This document shows, piece by piece, positions 8,199 through 18,809 of a DNA stretch of 64,000 bases. This DNA comes from Synechococcus sp. (GTDB lineage Bacteria > Cyanobacteriota > Cyanobacteriia > PCC-6307 > Cyanobiaceae): assembly GCA_047285535.1 (NCBI GenBank), contig JBJBDC010000001.1:2464136-2528135 (forward strand), given 5' to 3'. Below the pieces are notes generated by a model, which was not told the DNA's origin, did not search any database, and worked only from the letters and a program-made list of their open reading frames with translations. Made by a program: the position numbers and the translations under genes. Positions within the stretch are counted from its first letter, which is position 1; each line of letters begins with the position of its first letter.

Positions 8199-10721
8199 TC
8201 AGCGAACATCGCAGGTGATTTCAACAGGCATTGCCTCAACGTTCCAGATGTCGCGGCAGTAGTCACGGATGGAACGATCGGAGGAGAAGAAGCCACTTCT
8301 GGCGGTGTTCAAGACCGACATCCTGTTCCAGTGATGGCGATCAGTCCAAGCCAGGCTGACTGCATCTTGCGCACGCAGATAATCGGCGAAATCAGCCATC
8401 ACGAAGAAAGGATCATTGCCTGAGAGATTGTCGATGAGGGGGCGAAACAGCTCACCGTCTCCATTACTGAAGTGACCAATTTCCACCAGGCGGATCGCCT
8501 CGGCAAGCTCGGGTAGAGATTCAATCACTTCCCAAGGTCTGTAGCCACCTTGCTTCAAGGCAACAATCTCTTCAACGGTTTTACCGAACAAGAAGAAGTT
8601 TTCGGAACCAACATGTTCGCGGATCTCTACATTGGCTCCATCAAGGGTGCCAATCGTGAGGGCTCCATTCATGGCGAACTTCATGTTGCCGGTGCCCGAT
8701 GCTTCTTTGCCAGCCGTAGAAATCTGTTCGGATAGATCTGATGCTGGATAGACCTGTTCACCTAATTTGACGTTGTAGTCAGCGAGGAAGATCACCCGCA
8801 AGCGTCCATCCATGTCTGGATCGGCATTGATCGTTTCGGCAATCCCGTTGAGGAAGCGGATGATGAGCTTGGCCATGTAGTAGCCAGGTGCGGCCTTCCC
8901 TCCAAAAATGACTGTTCGCGGTGCCATGCCCGCGGCTTTTCCGTTCTTAATCCTGAGGTATTGGGTGATGACCTGAAGAGCATTGAGGTGCTGGCGTTTG
9001 TATTCATGTATGCGTTTCACCTGCACATCAAACAGACTGGAGGGATCCACCAAGACGCCAGTATTCCGGTGGATGTAATTCGATAGCTTGCGTTTCACAG
9101 AGAGCTTCGTGCTCTCCCAGTGATCTAAGAAGCCAGTGTCGCTCTGACGATCCTCAAGCTTGCGCAGGATCTCCATATTGGTGATCCAGTCAGGTCCAAC
9201 ATGTTCATCTAACAAGGTGGAGAGTTGAGGGTTGGATAGCGCGACCCAGCGACGTGGTGTGACGCCATTGGTCACATTGGTGAATTTTTCAGGCCAAAGC
9301 TCGGCGAACTCCGGCATCAGTTGGTCACGGACCAAATCGGAGTGGAGTGCGGCCACGCCATTCACGTGATGGGCGCCGATCGTGGCGAGATGGGCCATGC
9401 GGATGGCCTTGCCGCCTTCCTCATCAATGATCGAGAGTTTGCGCTGTATGGCCTCGTTGCCGGGATAGCGCAGGCGGACCTGCTGTAGGAAGCGTCGGTT
9501 GATTTCGTAAATCAGCTCTAAATGGCGCGGCAACAGACTCCCGAAGAGATTCAAATCCCACTTCTCGAGCGCCTCGGGAAGCAGGGTGTGGTTGGTGTAA
9601 GCGACGGAGCGTCTGGTGATGTCCCAGGCGTTGTCCCATTCGAAGTGGCGATCATCGATGAGCAGACGCATCAGCTCGGCTACGGCGATCGCGGGATGGG
9701 TGTCGTTGAGTTGGACGGTCCAGTAGTCAGGAAAGTCTTCAATAGCCAGCCCTCGATTGTCGAGGCTGCGCAGCATGTCTTGGAGAGAGCAGCTCACAAA
9801 GAAGTGCTGTTGTTTGAGTCGAAGGCGCCGACCCTCATCCGTTCCATCGTTGGGATACAGCACTTTGGAGAGGGTTTCGCTGCCCACCTTCTCTTCCACT
9901 GCCCCGTAGTAATCGCCAATGTTGAAGGCATAGAAATCGAAGCTCTCAGTTGCGTCTGCACGCCAGAGGCGCAGTCGGTCACAGGTGTTGACCCGGTAAC
10001 CGAGCACAGGCACGTCGTGAGGGACTCCAATGGCGTGATCGGAGGGAATCCAGCGTGAGCGGTAATTGCCTTTGTCGTCGCGATAACTCTCGGTGCGTCC
10101 ACCAAAACCAACAAAGCAAGCTTGATCCGGTTGGGGCAGTTCCCAGGGCCAACCACCCTTCAGCCATTTATCGGTGACCTCAACCTGCCAGCCATCACGG
10201 ATCAGTTGGTCAAAAATTCCAAATTCATAACGGATCCCGTATCCAGTTGCCGGAATCTGCAAACTCGCCAGTGATTCCATGTAGCAAGCTGCCAATCGAC
10301 CCAGGCCGCCATTGCCCAGTCCAGGCTCTTCTTCGACTTCGATGATCTGCTGAAGGGATTCAATGCCAAAACGTTTGACTGCTTCTTCGGCCCCCTTCTG
10401 CATGCCCAGATTGAGCAAGTTATTCGCAAGTTGCGGTCCGATGAGGAATTCAGCTGATAAGTAGGCAACTGTTTTTTGCGGTCTGGCTCGAATCGCTTCC
10501 AGGCTGGCTAGGTAACGGGTCATCAGCCGATCACGCACGGCATAGCTCAAGGCCATGTAGAGGTCGTGACGGCTGGCAGAGGGGGCAAGCTTGCCAAGTG
10601 TGAAAAACAGGTGTTCGGTCATGCCATCGAACACGTCATCCGCATCCAATCCGGCTCGCTCTGGGTCGGCGTAGCAGCCAGGGGTTGGAAGGCGAAGATC
10701 GAGGGGTTCTGAGCTGCTCAT
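8199..10721 (-). CDS. glgP: glycogen/alpha-glucan phosphorylase
   Basis: GLGNGGLGRLAAC, QLNDTHP, VQVKRIHEYKRQ, PLP motif EASGTGNMKF; start taken at MSSSEP. Confidence 0.97.
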   Translation of the reverse strand: MSSSEPLDLRLPTPGCYADPERAGLDADDVFDGMTEHLFFTLGKLAPSASRHDLYMALSYAVRDRLMTRYLASLEAIRARPQKTVAYLSAEFLIGPQLANNLLNLGMQKGAEEAVKRFGIESLQQIIEVEEEPGLGNGGLGRLAACYMESLASLQIPATGYGIRYEFGIFDQLIRDGWQVEVTDKWLKGGWPWELPQPDQACFVGFGGRTESYRDDKGNYRSRWIPSDHAIGVPHDVPVLGYRVNTCDRLRLWRADATESFDFYAFNIGDYYGAVEEKVGSETLSKVLYPNDGTDEGRRLRLKQQHFFVSCSLQDMLRSLDNRGLAIEDFPDYWTVQLNDTHPAIAVAELMRLLIDDRHFEWDNAWDITRRSVAYTNHTLLPEALEKWDLNLFGSLLPRHLELIYEINRRFLQQVRLRYPGNEAIQRKLSIIDEEGGKAIRMAHLATIGAHHVNGVAALHSDLVRDQLMPEFAELWPEKFTNVTNGVTPRRWVALSNPQLSTLLDEHVGPDWITNMEILRKLEDRQSDTGFLDHWESTKLSVKRKLSNYIHRNTGVLVDPSSLFDVQVKRIHEYKRQHLNALQVITQYLRIKNGKAAGMAPRTVIFGGKAAPGYYMAKLIIRFLNGIAETINADPDMDGRLRVIFLADYNVKLGEQVYPASDLSEQISTAGKEASGTGNMKFAMNGALTIGTLDGANVEIREHVGSENFFLFGKTVEEIVALKQGGYRPWEVIESLPELAEAIRLVEIGHFSNGDGELFRPLIDNLSGNDPFFVMADFADYLRAQDAVSLAWTDRHHWNRMSVLNTARSGFFSSDRSIRDYCRDIWNVEAMPVEITCDVR

Positions 10722-10972
10722 TGAGAGGAAGATATGGCGTTTGCTTTTTGGTTTCCAGACAGTTTGATGCGGTTGGGCCAAGAAAGCCTTGAAAGGTGCA
10801 GGAACTGTGACCGAGCCTTCTTGGTTAGTGGTTGCTTCCTGGATCTTGAAACCTTGCTTCAAGTCCTCATTGCCTGGCCATGAAGCCCTCAGGTTTTGTT
10901 GTCAAGAGCAAGCCGGCGTTCGCAATGTGCGGCCTGAAAACCCATTTGCCTTTATGGTCCCGCTGAGAAATC

Positions 10973-12379
10973 ATGCCGATTCTGATGCTCGCCGTTGCGA
11001 TGCCACCTTTCTTATTGCCGTTGATGGGAGAAATGTCTGCCCACGATCTCGAGATGGCTGGGACCCTGATTGGGGTTGGCCGATTCATGTTGATCTTTGT
11101 GGCGGCGCGTGCCCTAGCCGAAGTGCTGGTTCGCTTTCAGCTCCCCACAATTTTGGGTGAGCTTTTGGCTGGAGTGCTCATCGGCGCGTCTGGTCTTCAT
11201 CTATTGGTGCCGCCTGAAACCCAAGTTGAGCTCAGCAATGGCTTGGTGACTGTGTTGAGTTCCTTGGGCAATATCCCGCCCGAATCTGTCAACGAGCTCT
11301 ACAAGGAGAGCTTTCCTTCCTTGGAGGCAGTGGCACAGCTGGGACTCTTCGCTCTGTTGTTCCTGACGGGGTTGGAGAGTGAGCTCGATGAGCTCATCGC
11401 GGTTGGCACTCAGGCTTTCACGGTTGCTGTTGCAGGAGTGGTGCTGCCTTTTGCTCTCGGGACTTGGGGCCTGATGGCCATCTTCCATGTGGGGGCCATT
11501 CCAGCAATTTTTGCGGGTGCATCGATGACGGCAACCAGCATTGGAATTACCGCCAGTGTGTTTGGAGAACTCGGTTACTTGAAAACCCGTGAGGGACAAA
11601 TCGTGATCGGTGCTGCTGTTCTTGATGACATCCTCGGCATTGTGATCTTGGCGGTGGTGGTGGCCTTGGCTTCAGGCGGCAACCTTGAAATCGGACCGAT
11701 TGTGAAGTTGGTTGCAGCAGCAGCAGTCTTTGTTGTTGCTGCGATTGGTCTGAGTCGGTCTGCCGCACCGGCATTTGACTGGCTGATCGACAAGCTCAAA
11801 GCACCCGGTGAGGTGCTTGTCGCGTCGTTTGTGATTCTTGCGCTCAGTTGCTTCACCGCTACAGCGATCGGACTCGAGGCTGCTCTGGGTGCCTTCGCTG
11901 CCGGCCTCATCCTGAGTAGTTCCAAGCACAATCACGCCATTCAGCAGGCCGTTCTGCCGATCGTGACTCTCTTCGCCACAATTTTCTTTGTGCTGGTGGG
12001 AGCCGGTATGGATCTATCCGTGATTAATCCTTCCGATCCTTCCAGTCGCACAGCCTTGATCATCGCAGCCTTCCTTTTTGTGATTGCGATCATCGGAAAG
12101 ATTGCCGCTGGTTGGGCCTTTGTCAGTAAGCAACCCACCCGTCGTCTGGTGGTTGGTCTTGGAATGATGCCTCGTGGAGAAGTGGGTTTGATTTTCCTTG
12201 GCCTTGGTACTAGTGCCAAACTCCTCTCGCCATCTCTGGAAGCTGCCATTTTGATCATGGTGATCGGAACAACTTTCCTGGCACCGGTGCTGCTCAGATT
12301 GGTTATTGGTGGGGACAAGCCCGATGATGACGACAAGGTCAAGAGCGAAGTTGCGGCTGATCCCATTGGTTTGATCTAA
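10973..12379 (+). CDS. CPA2-family Na+/H+ antiporter (NhaS3-like)
   Basis: Multi-TM; TATSIGITASVFGELG, GAAVLDDILGIVILAVV, GMMPRGEVGLIF. Confidence 0.9.
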   Translation: MPILMLAVAMPPFLLPLMGEMSAHDLEMAGTLIGVGRFMLIFVAARALAEVLVRFQLPTILGELLAGVLIGASGLHLLVPPETQVELSNGLVTVLSSLGNIPPESVNELYKESFPSLEAVAQLGLFALLFLTGLESELDELIAVGTQAFTVAVAGVVLPFALGTWGLMAIFHVGAIPAIFAGASMTATSIGITASVFGELGYLKTREGQIVIGAAVLDDILGIVILAVVVALASGGNLEIGPIVKLVAAAAVFVVAAIGLSRSAAPAFDWLIDKLKAPGEVLVASFVILALSCFTATAIGLEAALGAFAAGLILSSSKHNHAIQQAVLPIVTLFATIFFVLVGAGMDLSVINPSDPSSRTALIIAAFLFVIAIIGKIAAGWAFVSKQPTRRLVVGLGMMPRGEVGLIFLGLGTSAKLLSPSLEAAILIMVIGTTFLAPVLLRLVIGGDKPDDDDKVKSEVAADPIGLI

Positions 12380-12402
12380 GTCCAGTTGATCGCCTTTTGG
12401 GG

Positions 12403-12717
12403 TTAGTTCTCCTGCCTGCCCGCGATAACGAGAAACAAACTCCAGCCAATGGTGATCCAAGCCAAACTGGAAGCCCATCCAGGGCCCAGGGCCCTGGCCA
12501 GAGCGAGTTGGGTCATCACTCCCACCGCAAGAGCGAGTAAGAGGCTGCTGATGACCAAAGCGGCCTGGCGCCAGGCTCCACTTAGAGGCCCCTCCTTCAA
12601 GCTTGCTTCCAGCCGTTCAAGTGGAACGCTCAAGGGCAGATAGAGGGCGAGGGCCCAAAACAACCCCCCGCTCAAGGTGCTGCGTTGCAGCAGTGGACCC
12701 ATCTCGAATGTATCCAT
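12403..12717 (-). CDS. small membrane protein
   Basis: Three hydrophobic segments; fills the gap between flanking genes. Confidence 0.65.
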   Translation of the reverse strand: MDTFEMGPLLQRSTLSGGLFWALALYLPLSVPLERLEASLKEGPLSGAWRQAALVISSLLLALAVGVMTQLALARALGPGWASSLAWITIGWSLFLVIAGRQEN

Positions 12718-12787
12718 CGTTTGGAGTCGCCTAGCGCTGCAGAGGGTTGAAAAGGATGCCTAGCATCCGCTCCTAACGAGTTGGAGT

Positions 12788-13678
12788 GTGGTGGGAGAGA
12801 GTTGGTGGCACTTTCAGGACCATGCGGTGCATGGTCTTTGCCGAGCTCCAGAGACGGGAGAGGCTTTGGTCCGTGCCAAAACGAGACCAGCGGTGCTGCT
12901 TGTTCATGGCTTTGGTGCTTCAACCGACCATTGGCGCCATAACATCCCAGTACTGGCAAACACGTATGAAGTGCATGCCATTGATTTACTTGGTTTCGGT
13001 CGCAGTGCCAAGCCAGAAGGGCTCTGTTATGGAGGCCCTCTGTGGCGTGACCAGTTGGTGAGCTATGTCCAGGAGCGCATTGGCCGCCCAACGGTGATCG
13101 CTGGAAATTCCCTTGGGGGGTTTGCCGCTCTGGCGGCTGGTGCTGCTTTGAAAGACCAGTCGGCAGGAGTGGTGCTGCTGAACGCTGCGGGTCCTTTTAG
13201 TGATGAACAGCGATCGTCACCGACTGGCTGGGCAGCGATTGCGCGACGGACCATTGGTTCCGCCTTGCTAAGAAGCGCAGTGGTGCAACGCCTGTTGTTT
13301 GAAAATTTGCGCCGGCCTGCCACGATTCGTCGCACATTGAATCAGGTGTACATCGATCGCACCAATGTCGATGACGCCTTGGTGGAGTCCATACGCGTGC
13401 CTTCGCTGGATCCAGGGGCCTTCGGGGTTTTTCGTACCGTCTTTGATATTCCAAGAGGTCAACCTCTGGATGAGTTGTTTGCCCAGTTGCAAGCCCCCCT
13501 GTTCCTGCTTTGGGGGATTCGTGATCCCTGGATCAATGCAGCAGGACGTCGCGCAAGCTTTCAGCGCCATGCTCCGGAGAACACCCATGAAGTGGTCCTA
13601 GAGGCCGGTCATTGCCCCCATGATGAAGTTCCCGATCAGGTGAATCAGGCCTTACTCGATTGGCTGGCTGCTCTATGA
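12788..13678 (+). CDS. alpha/beta-fold hydrolase
   Basis: [15 protein letters not shown] nucleophile elbow, GHCPHDE. Confidence 0.92.
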   Translation: MVGESWWHFQDHAVHGLCRAPETGEALVRAKTRPAVLLVHGFGASTDHWRHNIPVLANTYEVHAIDLLGFGRSAKPEGLCYGGPLWRDQLVSYVQERIGRPTVIAGNSLGGFAALAAGAALKDQSAGVVLLNAAGPFSDEQRSSPTGWAAIARRTIGSALLRSAVVQRLLFENLRRPATIRRTLNQVYIDRTNVDDALVESIRVPSLDPGAFGVFRTVFDIPRGQPLDELFAQLQAPLFLLWGIRDPWINAAGRRASFQRHAPENTHEVVLEAGHCPHDEVPDQVNQALLDWLAAL

Positions 13679-13761
13679 AGCTGAGGGAACGTTCGGTTGA
13701 TCCCGTTAGAGATTTCTTTGGATCTTTACCCTTCGAGGACACTGAAGAAACTCGCGGGTGA

Positions 13762-14622
13762 ATGGCCATGACGCTTCGTCAATTATCGGCGCCTTATGCC
13801 CACTGGGAATACGTTCATCCCCAGACCGGAGATTGCTTGCGCCTTGTGCCCGAGCGCGGCGGATTGGTCACTGAATGGCTCTGCAATGGCAGGGATATTC
13901 TTTATTTTGACGCTTCGCGTTTCGCAGATCCAACCAAGAGCATCCGTGGTGGGATCCCTGTCTTGTTTCCCATTTGCGGCAACCTGCCTGGCGACCGACT
14001 GGCCTTGGCGAGCTGTGAGACCACCCTCAAACAACATGGATTTGCTCGCGACTTGCCCTGGCAGTTGACTTTGCTTGATGACCAGAGCGGAGTGTGCCTT
14101 TGCTTGAAGGACACTGAGGAGACCAGGATGCATTACCCCTTCCGCTTTCGGGTCGAGATGGTGGTCCGTCCAGTGAGTGGAGCGCTGGAGATCAGCATCA
14201 CGATTGGTAATGCCAACGATGGCGGTGAGCCGATGCCGTTCAGCTTTGGTCTGCATCCTTACTTCAAGGTGACGGATTTAGACAGCACGCGCATTGAGGG
14301 CCTGGCACCCACTTGCTTCAACCATCTCGACATGGCAACCACTGAGACCTTGGGGCAATTGAGTCGATTACCCGAAGGAGTGGACTTTTTAACCCGGCCG
14401 GCTGGACCTGTCTCCCTGGTGGATGAGGCAGCGGGCACACGCGTGCAGCTCCAGCATCAAGCCCCTATGGATCTCACTGTTGTTTGGACCGACCCTCCTC
14501 GCGCCATGGTTTGCCTAGAGCCCTGGACTGGACCTCGTCAGTCTTTGATCAGTGGTGATCGCAAGCTGATGCTGACTCCTGGCGAGAGTCTTCAGCTGAG
14601 CTGTCGCTATGTGGCGAGTTAA
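13762..14622 (+). CDS. aldose 1-epimerase / galactose mutarotase-like protein
   Basis: RGGIPVLFP, QHGFAR, FGLHPYF, VCLEPW. Confidence 0.9.
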   Translation: MAMTLRQLSAPYAHWEYVHPQTGDCLRLVPERGGLVTEWLCNGRDILYFDASRFADPTKSIRGGIPVLFPICGNLPGDRLALASCETTLKQHGFARDLPWQLTLLDDQSGVCLCLKDTEETRMHYPFRFRVEMVVRPVSGALEISITIGNANDGGEPMPFSFGLHPYFKVTDLDSTRIEGLAPTCFNHLDMATTETLGQLSRLPEGVDFLTRPAGPVSLVDEAAGTRVQLQHQAPMDLTVVWTDPPRAMVCLEPWTGPRQSLISGDRKLMLTPGESLQLSCRYVAS

Positions 14623-14643
14623 GGAGCAATCTTCCCATTGGAG

Positions 14644-15843
14644 TCAGTCGTGGGGCGCTGCCACGCCTGGAAGCCTTCCTCTGGAGAGTTGTCCTTTGGG
14701 GTCAAACTGTCGTTTCACCGCTTCGATCAGGGGGCGAGAGGGGGCATCCAGCCAGGCCGGTAGCGACCCTGGCTGGATGAGCACGGTGAGCTGACCACCT
14801 AACGCCATCACCAATCTCCGCAGAGCCTCGATTTTGTACTCCTCCGTCGGAGAACCGCAGGACTGCCAGACTTCGCCGCTTCCGGCTCCAGCGGCGAGCT
14901 GCCAATGCCAATCCTTGAGAGCAGCGCATTCTGTTGAGCTGAGCAAGGGCTGGAGCTGGGCGGGCGGTAGGCAGAGGCGTAGCAGCCAATGCGGTTCTCC
15001 ACTCGTGGACGATCCTTCAGGGATGGGGTCATTCCAGGGCAGTCGTTTCTGATTCAGCTGATGCTGGGAGGCCAGTGCCTCGAGCCTGTTGAGTTGGTCC
15101 TCCACCGCACAATCACTGATGCTTGCTACACCCAGAGCAATTCGTGAACCGTGTTCAGGGCTGAGTTCCCAGTCAATCCAGTCTGGCGTGAAGCTGCTGC
15201 CAACAACCTCGGCTCGGAATGCTTCGAGATGCTCGAAGTCGCCATCGAGGATGAGCTGACCACGGGGTTGACGAATCGGTTGCACCCGCAAGGTAAGACC
15301 GGTGATCAGGGCGAGACTGCCCCAGCTGCCGCAGAGCAGGCGCATCAGGTCATAGCCCGCAACGTTTTTCACCACCCGGCCGCCGGCGCGAGCGCTGACT
15401 CCATCCGTGCGGATCAAACTGATACCGATGATCTGGTCACGTACCCCTAAATGTCGCTGGCGTAAGCCCCCGGACAGCCCCCTGGCAACTAGTCCGCCGA
15501 TCGTGCCAGACGATTGTGGTGATGTCGCGGCACGGCCCCAGGGCCAGTTGAGTGGCAGCCATTGATGGTGTTCTGCCAGGGCCTCCTGGAGGACTGCCAG
15601 GGACATCCCCGCATCCACCGTGATGGTGAGGTCGTCCACTGCGTGATCGACGATTCTGTTGAGATGGCGCATGCTCACCACCGGCCCTGAATCCTGGAGT
15701 GGAGCTCCCCAGTGCAAACGGCTGCCCAAGCCCGAAGGGGCCCACGGCCGACCTTCAGCATGCAAGTCGCTGATGAGGTGGCCCAGCTCCTCAAGAGAAT
15801 TCGGTGCTATCACCGCCGTAGAGAGAATCCCTTGTTCAGCCAC
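14644..15843 (-). CDS. glcE: glycolate oxidase FAD-binding subunit
   Basis: GTIGG, GGRVVKNVAGYDLMRLLCGSWGSL, KRQFDPKG. Confidence 0.85.
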   Translation of the reverse strand: MAEQGILSTAVIAPNSLEELGHLISDLHAEGRPWAPSGLGSRLHWGAPLQDSGPVVSMRHLNRIVDHAVDDLTITVDAGMSLAVLQEALAEHHQWLPLNWPWGRAATSPQSSGTIGGLVARGLSGGLRQRHLGVRDQIIGISLIRTDGVSARAGGRVVKNVAGYDLMRLLCGSWGSLALITGLTLRVQPIRQPRGQLILDGDFEHLEAFRAEVVGSSFTPDWIDWELSPEHGSRIALGVASISDCAVEDQLNRLEALASQHQLNQKRLPWNDPIPEGSSTSGEPHWLLRLCLPPAQLQPLLSSTECAALKDWHWQLAAGAGSGEVWQSCGSPTEEYKIEALRRLVMALGGQLTVLIQPGSLPAWLDAPSRPLIEAVKRQFDPKGQLSRGRLPGVAAPHD

Positions 15844-15884
15844 GTGAGCGAAGAGGCCAGATCAGAACACAAGACGATCGTGCC

Positions 15885-17315
15885 ATGAAGATCGTTGTGA
15901 TCGACGACGATCCCACCGGTTCTCAAACGGTGCATAGTTGTCCGCTCCTGTTGCGTTGGGATGTAGAGGCGTTGCGTCGGGGTTTGAGACACCCATCGCC
16001 ACTGCTGTTCGTGTTGTCAAACACTCGGGCCTTGACGCCTGAGGCCGCGGCGACCCGCAACCGCGAGATTGTCCAAGCCCTGGTGCTGGCCATGACTGCT
16101 GAAGGCATTCAAGAGGATGAACTGCAGCTGGTCAGCCGAGGTGATTCCACATTGCGTGGTCATGGTGTGCTCGAACCACAGGTGCTTGCGGAGGCATGGG
16201 AGGAGTGCTTTGGAGCCGTGGATGCCACCTTGCATGTGCCTGCATTTTTAGAGGGAGGGCGTACCACAGTGAATGGGGTTCATCTCCTCCATGGTGAGCC
16301 AGTCCACACCACAGCCTTTGCGTGTGATCGCCTCTTTGGTTACAGCACCAGTGATCTGGCGGAGTGGCTCGACGACAAGAGCAGCGGGCGGATTGCAGCC
16401 GCGTCAGTGCAAAGGCTGACTTTCGATCGCTTGGAGCAGGCACGTTTGGCTGAGCTTGTCGCCTGGTTAGAGGCTCTGGAAGGTAATCAGCCCGTGGTGG
16501 TGGATGCGTTGGAGCCGGAGCATCTCCGGGTGCTGGGAGCGGGGATCTGGATGCTGCAGGGGCACAAGCGCTTTTTATTTCGTTCGGCGGCGAGTTTGCT
16601 CAATGGGCTAGTGGATTCAGGCCCGTCGCCTTTGGGACCACAGCCCCTTGATGCCCCGGGCCTGGTGCGCATGCGCAGGTTCGATCCCGATGGTCACCCA
16701 CTCCCTGGGTTGGTCGTCGTGGGATCCCACGTGCCGATGGCTGATCAGCAGTTGAAATCTCTGCTGGCAAATCAGCGTTGCCGTGGAATTGAGTTGCCGG
16801 TCGCACGCATTTCCCGAGTGCTGGAAGGTGGGTCCCCTGACCTTCTTTTGTCTGATTTGGAGGATGAATGGCTGCTTCAGCTTCAGCTGGCGCTGCAGGC
16901 AGGACTCACTCCGGTGCTGTTTACGAGCCGTGGGGAGTTGACTTTTGGATCTGGTGAGGCGGCATCTGAGCGGCGGCTGCGCTTTGGACGGGAGTTGGCA
17001 TCGCTCATGGCTCGTTTGGTGGCCTCCGTGGCACCGGGGCTTGGTTACCTGATCAGCAAAGGAGGTATCACCACAGGCACCCTGCTGCTAGAGGGTCTGG
17101 GCCAAGACGCCGTGCATTTGGAAGGTCAACTCTTGCCAGGTTTGTCTCTGGTGAGGCCCATGATTTCTTCTGATCAAACTCAAGAGTCCGCTCCATCCCT
17201 TCCTGTCATTACGTTCCCGGGCAATCTTGGTGAACCTGACACCCTGACTCAGGTTTGGTGCTGGTTTGAAGGGTTGGATCTACAAGCCAACGGCAGTCAT
17301 CAGTCCGTTCTTTGA
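15885..17315 (+). CDS. four-carbon acid sugar kinase family protein (DUF1537/YgbK)
   Basis: VVIDDDPTGSQT, RGDSTLRGH, ISKGGITT, FPGNLG. Confidence 0.88.
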   Translation: MKIVVIDDDPTGSQTVHSCPLLLRWDVEALRRGLRHPSPLLFVLSNTRALTPEAAATRNREIVQALVLAMTAEGIQEDELQLVSRGDSTLRGHGVLEPQVLAEAWEECFGAVDATLHVPAFLEGGRTTVNGVHLLHGEPVHTTAFACDRLFGYSTSDLAEWLDDKSSGRIAAASVQRLTFDRLEQARLAELVAWLEALEGNQPVVVDALEPEHLRVLGAGIWMLQGHKRFLFRSAASLLNGLVDSGPSPLGPQPLDAPGLVRMRRFDPDGHPLPGLVVVGSHVPMADQQLKSLLANQRCRGIELPVARISRVLEGGSPDLLLSDLEDEWLLQLQLALQAGLTPVLFTSRGELTFGSGEAASERRLRFGRELASLMARLVASVAPGLGYLISKGGITTGTLLLEGLGQDAVHLEGQLLPGLSLVRPMISSDQTQESAPSLPVITFPGNLGEPDTLTQVWCWFEGLDLQANGSHQSVL

Positions 17316-18590
17316 TTTGACCTCCCCGGGCTTGGAGCTGAAAGGACCAACACCGGCTGAACGAGCGAGCAGTTCCATGGGATGGCGAACCTCGGGGCCT
17401 TCTTGGCTGAGATGGCGCCTGAGTTGCAGGCTGCAGCCGATATTGGCGCTGGCGACAATCTCGGCTCCGGTGCTGCTGAGGTCGGCAGCCTTGAGTTGGC
17501 CGAGCTCCGCTGCTTCCTCCGGTTGCACCAGGTTGTAGATGCCGGCACTTCCGCAGCACACCCCCGCTTCTGTGGCCTCTTTGAGTTGGAGTTGAGGAAT
17601 GGCGCGCAGCAAGTCTCTCGGTTGGGCAGCAATCCCCTGGCCATGAATCATGTGGCATGCATCGTGATAGGCCACGGTGCAGGGCAGCGGTGTAAGGGCC
17701 TCCCGAAATGAGTCTGAGAGCCCTTGATTGAAAAGGAATTCGTGGACGTCCAATACCGGAGCGTTGAAGTTTTCGCTGCTATCCAGAAGCTCCCCATAGG
17801 CCTTCATGGTGTGGCCGCAACCGGAGGCGGCCACCAGCACCGCATCCAAGGCTTCATCGGCAAAGCTCTGCACTAACTCGCTAGCCAGCTTCTGGGTTTG
17901 TTTGAGTTGCCCTTGGTGATGACTCACTGCACCACAGCAGCCTTGATGGGCTGGGATCACCACCTCGAAGCCATTGGCTTGAAGGACGGCCACCGTGGCT
18001 GCGTTGACCCCAGGATCAAAGCACCGTTGGACACAGCCGAGCACCAATCCCACCCGGCCGCGTTGCTCTCCTCGTGCAGGAGAAACATGTGGGAAGCAAT
18101 CGAAAAAACCCTCTGGTGGTAAAGGCGGGAGCAGCGCTTCCATCGCTTCGAGTTGTGGACCCAGAAGTTTTAAAAGACCTGTGCGCCGTGTAAGGCGTTG
18201 TAATCCTGTTCCTGCGTAGGTGCGTAACGGAAGCAGAAGTGCTCGCAGCCGGTTGGGGTAAGGCAGCACCTGGAGCAGCAGGTGACGGAAGCTGGTTTGC
18301 CAGCTGCTACGGAATTCAGGTTGGTTGAGTTTCGGACGGGTTGCTTCGATCAGCTGGTCATAACGAACTCCTGATGGACAGGCGCTGACGCAAGCGAAGC
18401 AGCCCAAGCAGCTATCGAAATGGCTGGCCACTGTGGCATCCAGTTCAAGTTCACCGACTTCGATCGCTTTCAGGGTGTGGATGCGTCCACGTGGGGAATC
18501 CATCTCTGTGCCAAGTACCCGGTAGCTCGCGCAGGTAGGCAGGCAAAAACCGCAGTGAACACAGGGGTCGCTTGGATCGACAAAAGCCAT
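17280..18590 (-). CDS. glcF: glycolate oxidase iron-sulfur subunit
   Basis: CVHCGFCLPTC and CLGCFACVSACP ferredoxin motifs plus two CCG domains. Confidence 0.88.
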   Translation of the reverse strand: MAFVDPSDPCVHCGFCLPTCASYRVLGTEMDSPRGRIHTLKAIEVGELELDATVASHFDSCLGCFACVSACPSGVRYDQLIEATRPKLNQPEFRSSWQTSFRHLLLQVLPYPNRLRALLLPLRTYAGTGLQRLTRRTGLLKLLGPQLEAMEALLPPLPPEGFFDCFPHVSPARGEQRGRVGLVLGCVQRCFDPGVNAATVAVLQANGFEVVIPAHQGCCGAVSHHQGQLKQTQKLASELVQSFADEALDAVLVAASGCGHTMKAYGELLDSSENFNAPVLDVHEFLFNQGLSDSFREALTPLPCTVAYHDACHMIHGQGIAAQPRDLLRAIPQLQLKEATEAGVCCGSAGIYNLVQPEEAAELGQLKAADLSSTGAEIVASANIGCSLQLRRHLSQEGPEVRHPMELLARSAGVGPFSSKPGEVKSKNGLMTAVGL

Positions 18591-18809
18591 AGGTCAATTC
18601 TGGCCTGAATCACCCCGTTGCTGTGTACAGGCGCTTAATGATTTCGTCTCCATTAAGGCTGATTGCTCGTCAATCTCCGCAGGAGACTGGATCTGCCTTT
18701 GGTGTGAAAGAAAAAGGATGAAGCAATCAACGGTCGCTACGGGAGGCTCTATTGGCTGAGCCCCTGCTTGGGTCCCTCAGGAGTTTGAGGTGTTGAAGAC
18801 TTTCTGTCA

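Noticed and set aside
9685..9692. HIP1 octamer GCGATCGC
   Set aside because: Isolated occurrence inside glgP; no visible over-representation
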